In this document: in pieces, positions 60,942 through 64,000 of the stretch
Layout of the letters: each line of letters starts with the position of its first letter
Position numbering within the stretch: the stretch's first letter is position 1
Assembly (NCBI RefSeq): GCF_018977255.1
Contig: NW_024704742.1
Span: 88,600,001-88,664,000 of the forward strand
Origin: Callorhinchus milii
Taxonomy: Eukaryota
Direction: 5' to 3'
DNA length: 64,000 nt
Made by a program: the position numbers and the translations under genes
The notes under the pieces: model-generated
The model's database searches: none
Seen by the model: only the letters and a program-made list of their open reading frames with translations
What the model was told of the DNA's origin: nothing

Positions 60942-60958
60942 TAGCACCACCTAGTGGA
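60942..60958 (-). promoter_or_regulatory. CTCF-like motif
   Basis: Reverse complement TCCACTAGGTGGTGCTA closely fits the CTCF core CCAC.AGGTGGC/TGC; isolated GC-rich site in AT-rich intron. Confidence 0.45.
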
Positions 60959-63044
60959 TAAATAGCTTTTCTGTGATGAATCAATTTATTTTCTTTAGTT
61001 ATGTAATTATTTCGTGATTACCAGAACTATTAGGAATTATTCACATTTCCAAATCTAGTACAGAATGTTAAATATTTTATGCTAAATCCTCAAAAATAAG
61101 GGGATTAGCATATGCTAAGAAATATTTGCACTTAGATGAGTGACTTTTGTGCAGTAGTTTTCATTTTAAGTGGGATATTGCCAAACATACTGCAGAAATG
61201 TCCATTAAAAGTAGATTACCTAAAATATTACATTATTCAGCAGCCTTAACCCGAAAATCTCCACAATCTGCTTCTTGATCTTTTTGCTATTCCATAATAT
61301 TTTGGATACTGACCTTTTCATTTCTCTCCTCGTGAATTAATTGCAGCTGATTTTCCTTATCCACCATTCAACCTATTCTCGTTGATCTTCTGGTGATCTG
61401 TCACTCGGCCCCTGTCCATGCTTCTCTTGAGAAAGCACCAGAGGGTGCACTTAAGTAATGCAAATAACTGGTGTGCCAATTTTCTTACTTTTGCTTTGCT
61501 GCATAACTTTGTATGGCCTGTACAGAGAATTTCGTTTGTGAGCCTGCTATTTACTGACCGTTCTATTTGATGTTCTCATCTGTTTTCCACAAATCACTTT
61601 AATGCAGCTCCATTTTCATTATGCTGTGTTTTAAAGAATAAACGCTGGGCTGACAGGGGATCAAGATGGACAAGAGTGCTCAGCACAAAACTGCCTCAAA
61701 ATTCGCAGTAATTTGCAGACTCAATCCAACAAGCTACATGATGGCGGAAAGAAGGAATGCTGTTGCAGTCACAACGCTCTCTTGAGGTACTGGTTTAGAA
61801 ACATTACTGAGGCAGTGTATGACATTTACATTACAATTAACCCATGGCACAGCTTAATAAAACTTAATTCTATCACAAACTAAAAATTAAGCTTGTAAAG
61901 TGATGACCCCACTGGCTGATTTGTATATTTAAAATACATTCTTGGGCATTTGTATGAGATGACTACCTCATACTTTTTTTTATTGTTACTTTTAAGTTCC
62001 AACCACCCCTAATAATTCTCTTCCTTGGAATCCAAATCTGCTTTGCAAGAACAGACACCGTTTTCAACCACGATCAATTGAGCACATGCAACATACATAT
62101 TTATACACAGTTGATCTATTTTGGTCATTTTATCATTACTCATTTGGCTAAACTGGACAATTCATACAAATGTCTAAAATTATATACAGGACTATGATCT
62201 TTAGGTTTGCTGGTTTTAGAGCCATGTGACTTTCCTTATTTTTCTATTGTACTTACAAGCAATGTTCGTTTTTATAAGCAGTAAAACTAAGTGCATTTTT
62301 TTTGCAGTTTTGAGAAATCCCAATTTAAAATGGCATTGTGATTGTCATGAGCCTGCACTTCTACTCCCATCTAAATCAGATTTTTTTGTTAGACTTTCCA
62401 GTGGAGTCCTACAAGCACAATACTTGGATGATGTTTTGGACCATCACAGTGTATTTCTTTTGAGGGCTATGACAATCTTCTCATAGACAATCTGTGTTGC
62501 GCACCACTCACTTGGGTTTAATTCCAGGAGTGGGACATGACTTCAGCTTGCTGCATGACATTGTTTCTTCCAGGCATTTCATGAGGCATCATTGGAAGCC
62601 AGAACACAGCACACAAACATTTTTCATTAATAAGTGCCTAAGAGACAACTCTGACATTAGACTCTAAAGCTTCTCCAACTTGGATCCAATTGCTTTTCAA
62701 CACCCGGGTAGCTACAAGCACACTCTCATTACTGGTGCATACATTAATAGTGACTTAACACAATATTAGATAAATGAGATATGCAGTTGTCTATTTGAGG
62801 TTACCTTGCCTCCTTTTAAAGCCTGTTTCTTATTGGAATCCCTCATAGGAAAGAATGCATGTGGTAATTCCTTAGACACTCAGCTACAGCTATTCCTAAT
62901 TTTAAAGGTAACCGCAACCAAAGAAAGCATTTCTTCTTAAGTTGACAGCCAACAGATATTAGAAGTGGAAGTTCTTTTAAAAAATAAAAGCACCTTTATT
63001 TCATTTGGATTTCAAAAGGCTCCGTGTTGGTGTCATCTCCACTG

Positions 63045-63350
63045 TTGGCAGCCTGTCTTAGTTGGTAGCACTCTCATGTCTGAGTTGAAAGGTTGTGGAT
63101 TCAAGCTCCACATCAGGACTTTGAGCTCACAGTCTAGCCTGACACCCCAGTGGAGTGCTGCATTATTGGAGATGCTGTCTTTCAGTTGAGACGTTAAACC
63201 ATGATCCCATCTGCATGTTCAGGTGGTTATTAAAGATCCTGTGGCACTATTGTATTCGAAAAGAGAAGGAAGATTGTCCTGGCAAACAATTCCCCAGACA
63301 AAATTGGGCATTTACTGCATGGCTGTTTGTGGAACATAGCTGTGCACTTT
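63045..63350 (+). mobile_element. Deu-domain SINE (AmnSINE1/SacSINE1-type superfamily)
   Basis: tRNA-like head then GCTGTCTTTCAGTTGAGACGTTAAACC...TTAAAGATCC.GTGGCACT, matching the recalled Deu core GTCTTTCGGATGAGACGTTAAACCGAGG...TAAAGATCCCATGGCACT. Confidence 0.7.
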
Positions 63351-63363
63351 CCAGTTGACATCT

Positions 63364-64000
63364 AGAACATAAGAACATAAGAATTAGGAGCAGGAGTAGG
63401 CCATTCGGCCCCTCGAGCCTGCCTCGCCATTTGCTAAGATCATGGCTAATCTTCAGACGTAACTCTAATTACCTGCCCTATCCCCTAATCCCTCTATTTT
63501 TTAAAAATCTATCAGTCTCAGCCTTGAAGATGTTCAAGGACTGAGCATCTACAGCCTTCTGGAGTAGTGAATTCCTACCCTCTGAGTGAAGAATTGTTTC
63601 CTCAACTCTGTTCTAAAAGGTTGACCCTTAATTTTAAGACTGTGACCCCTGGTTATAGATTCTCCTACCAGGGGAAACAGACCCTCAGTGTCTACTTTAT
63701 CCAGCCCTTTAAGAATCTTATATGTTTCAATAAGATCCCCCCTAATTCTTCTGTACTCTAGAGAATACAGCCCTAGTTTATTCAGCCTATCCTCATAGGT
63801 CAGTCCCCTCATCCCAGGAACTAACCGAGTGAATCTACGCTGCACCCTCTCTCGGGCAAGTATGTCCTTTTTTAAATAAGGAAACCAAAACTGCACACAA
63901 TACTCTAGGTGCGGTCTCACCAAGGCCCTATACAGTTACAGCAAGACTTCCCTACTCTTGTACTGTAAACCTTTTGCAATGAACGCTAACATGCCGTTCG
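63364..64000 (-). mobile_element. CR1-clade LINE 3' end (same family as 39108-40717), runs off the window
   Basis: VRPHLEYCVQFW...ERVQRRFTRLVPG...RGDLIETYKI; tail (TTCTTATG)n at 63364-63380. Confidence 0.95.

Noticed and set aside
54129..63000. Remaining CAAP1 exons (phase-2 exon 5 and terminal exon)
   Set aside because: The candidate acceptors I checked (e.g. about 57068 and 61657) give in-frame stops or no CAAP1-like sequence; the exons probably lie beyond the window or were missed.

Overview
Eukaryotic (vertebrate) genomic DNA; the repeat content (tRNA-headed SINE with an L2-type tail, Deu-domain SINEs, CR1 and L2 LINE fragments) suggests a cartilaginous fish, possibly a holocephalan (inference). 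Three spliced genes can be reconstructed by hand. (1) The 5' five coding exons of a SPATA6-family gene, most similar to SPATA6L, on the - strand (17286 to 6991; 3' exons not found). (2) A complete 14-exon PLAA (Doa1/Ufd3 homologue; WD40-PFU-PUL) on the + strand, 24501-41610, 2391 nt CDS = 796 aa, all intron phases consistent. (3) The first four coding exons of CAAP1 on the + strand (46475-54128). The very long ORFs in the track (up to 1082 aa) are translations of minisatellites, not genes. I found no clearly new biological system. The most interesting leads are a fold-back element carrying a minimal hammerhead-ribozyme core of the Penelope type (8223-8425), SPATA6L rather than IFT74 as the divergent neighbour of PLAA, a possible unannotated + strand transcript between them (TATA/donor near 18.5 kb, acceptor plus RFX X-box near 22.5 kb), C-rich minisatellites placed just after first exons, and several short locally templated duplications.
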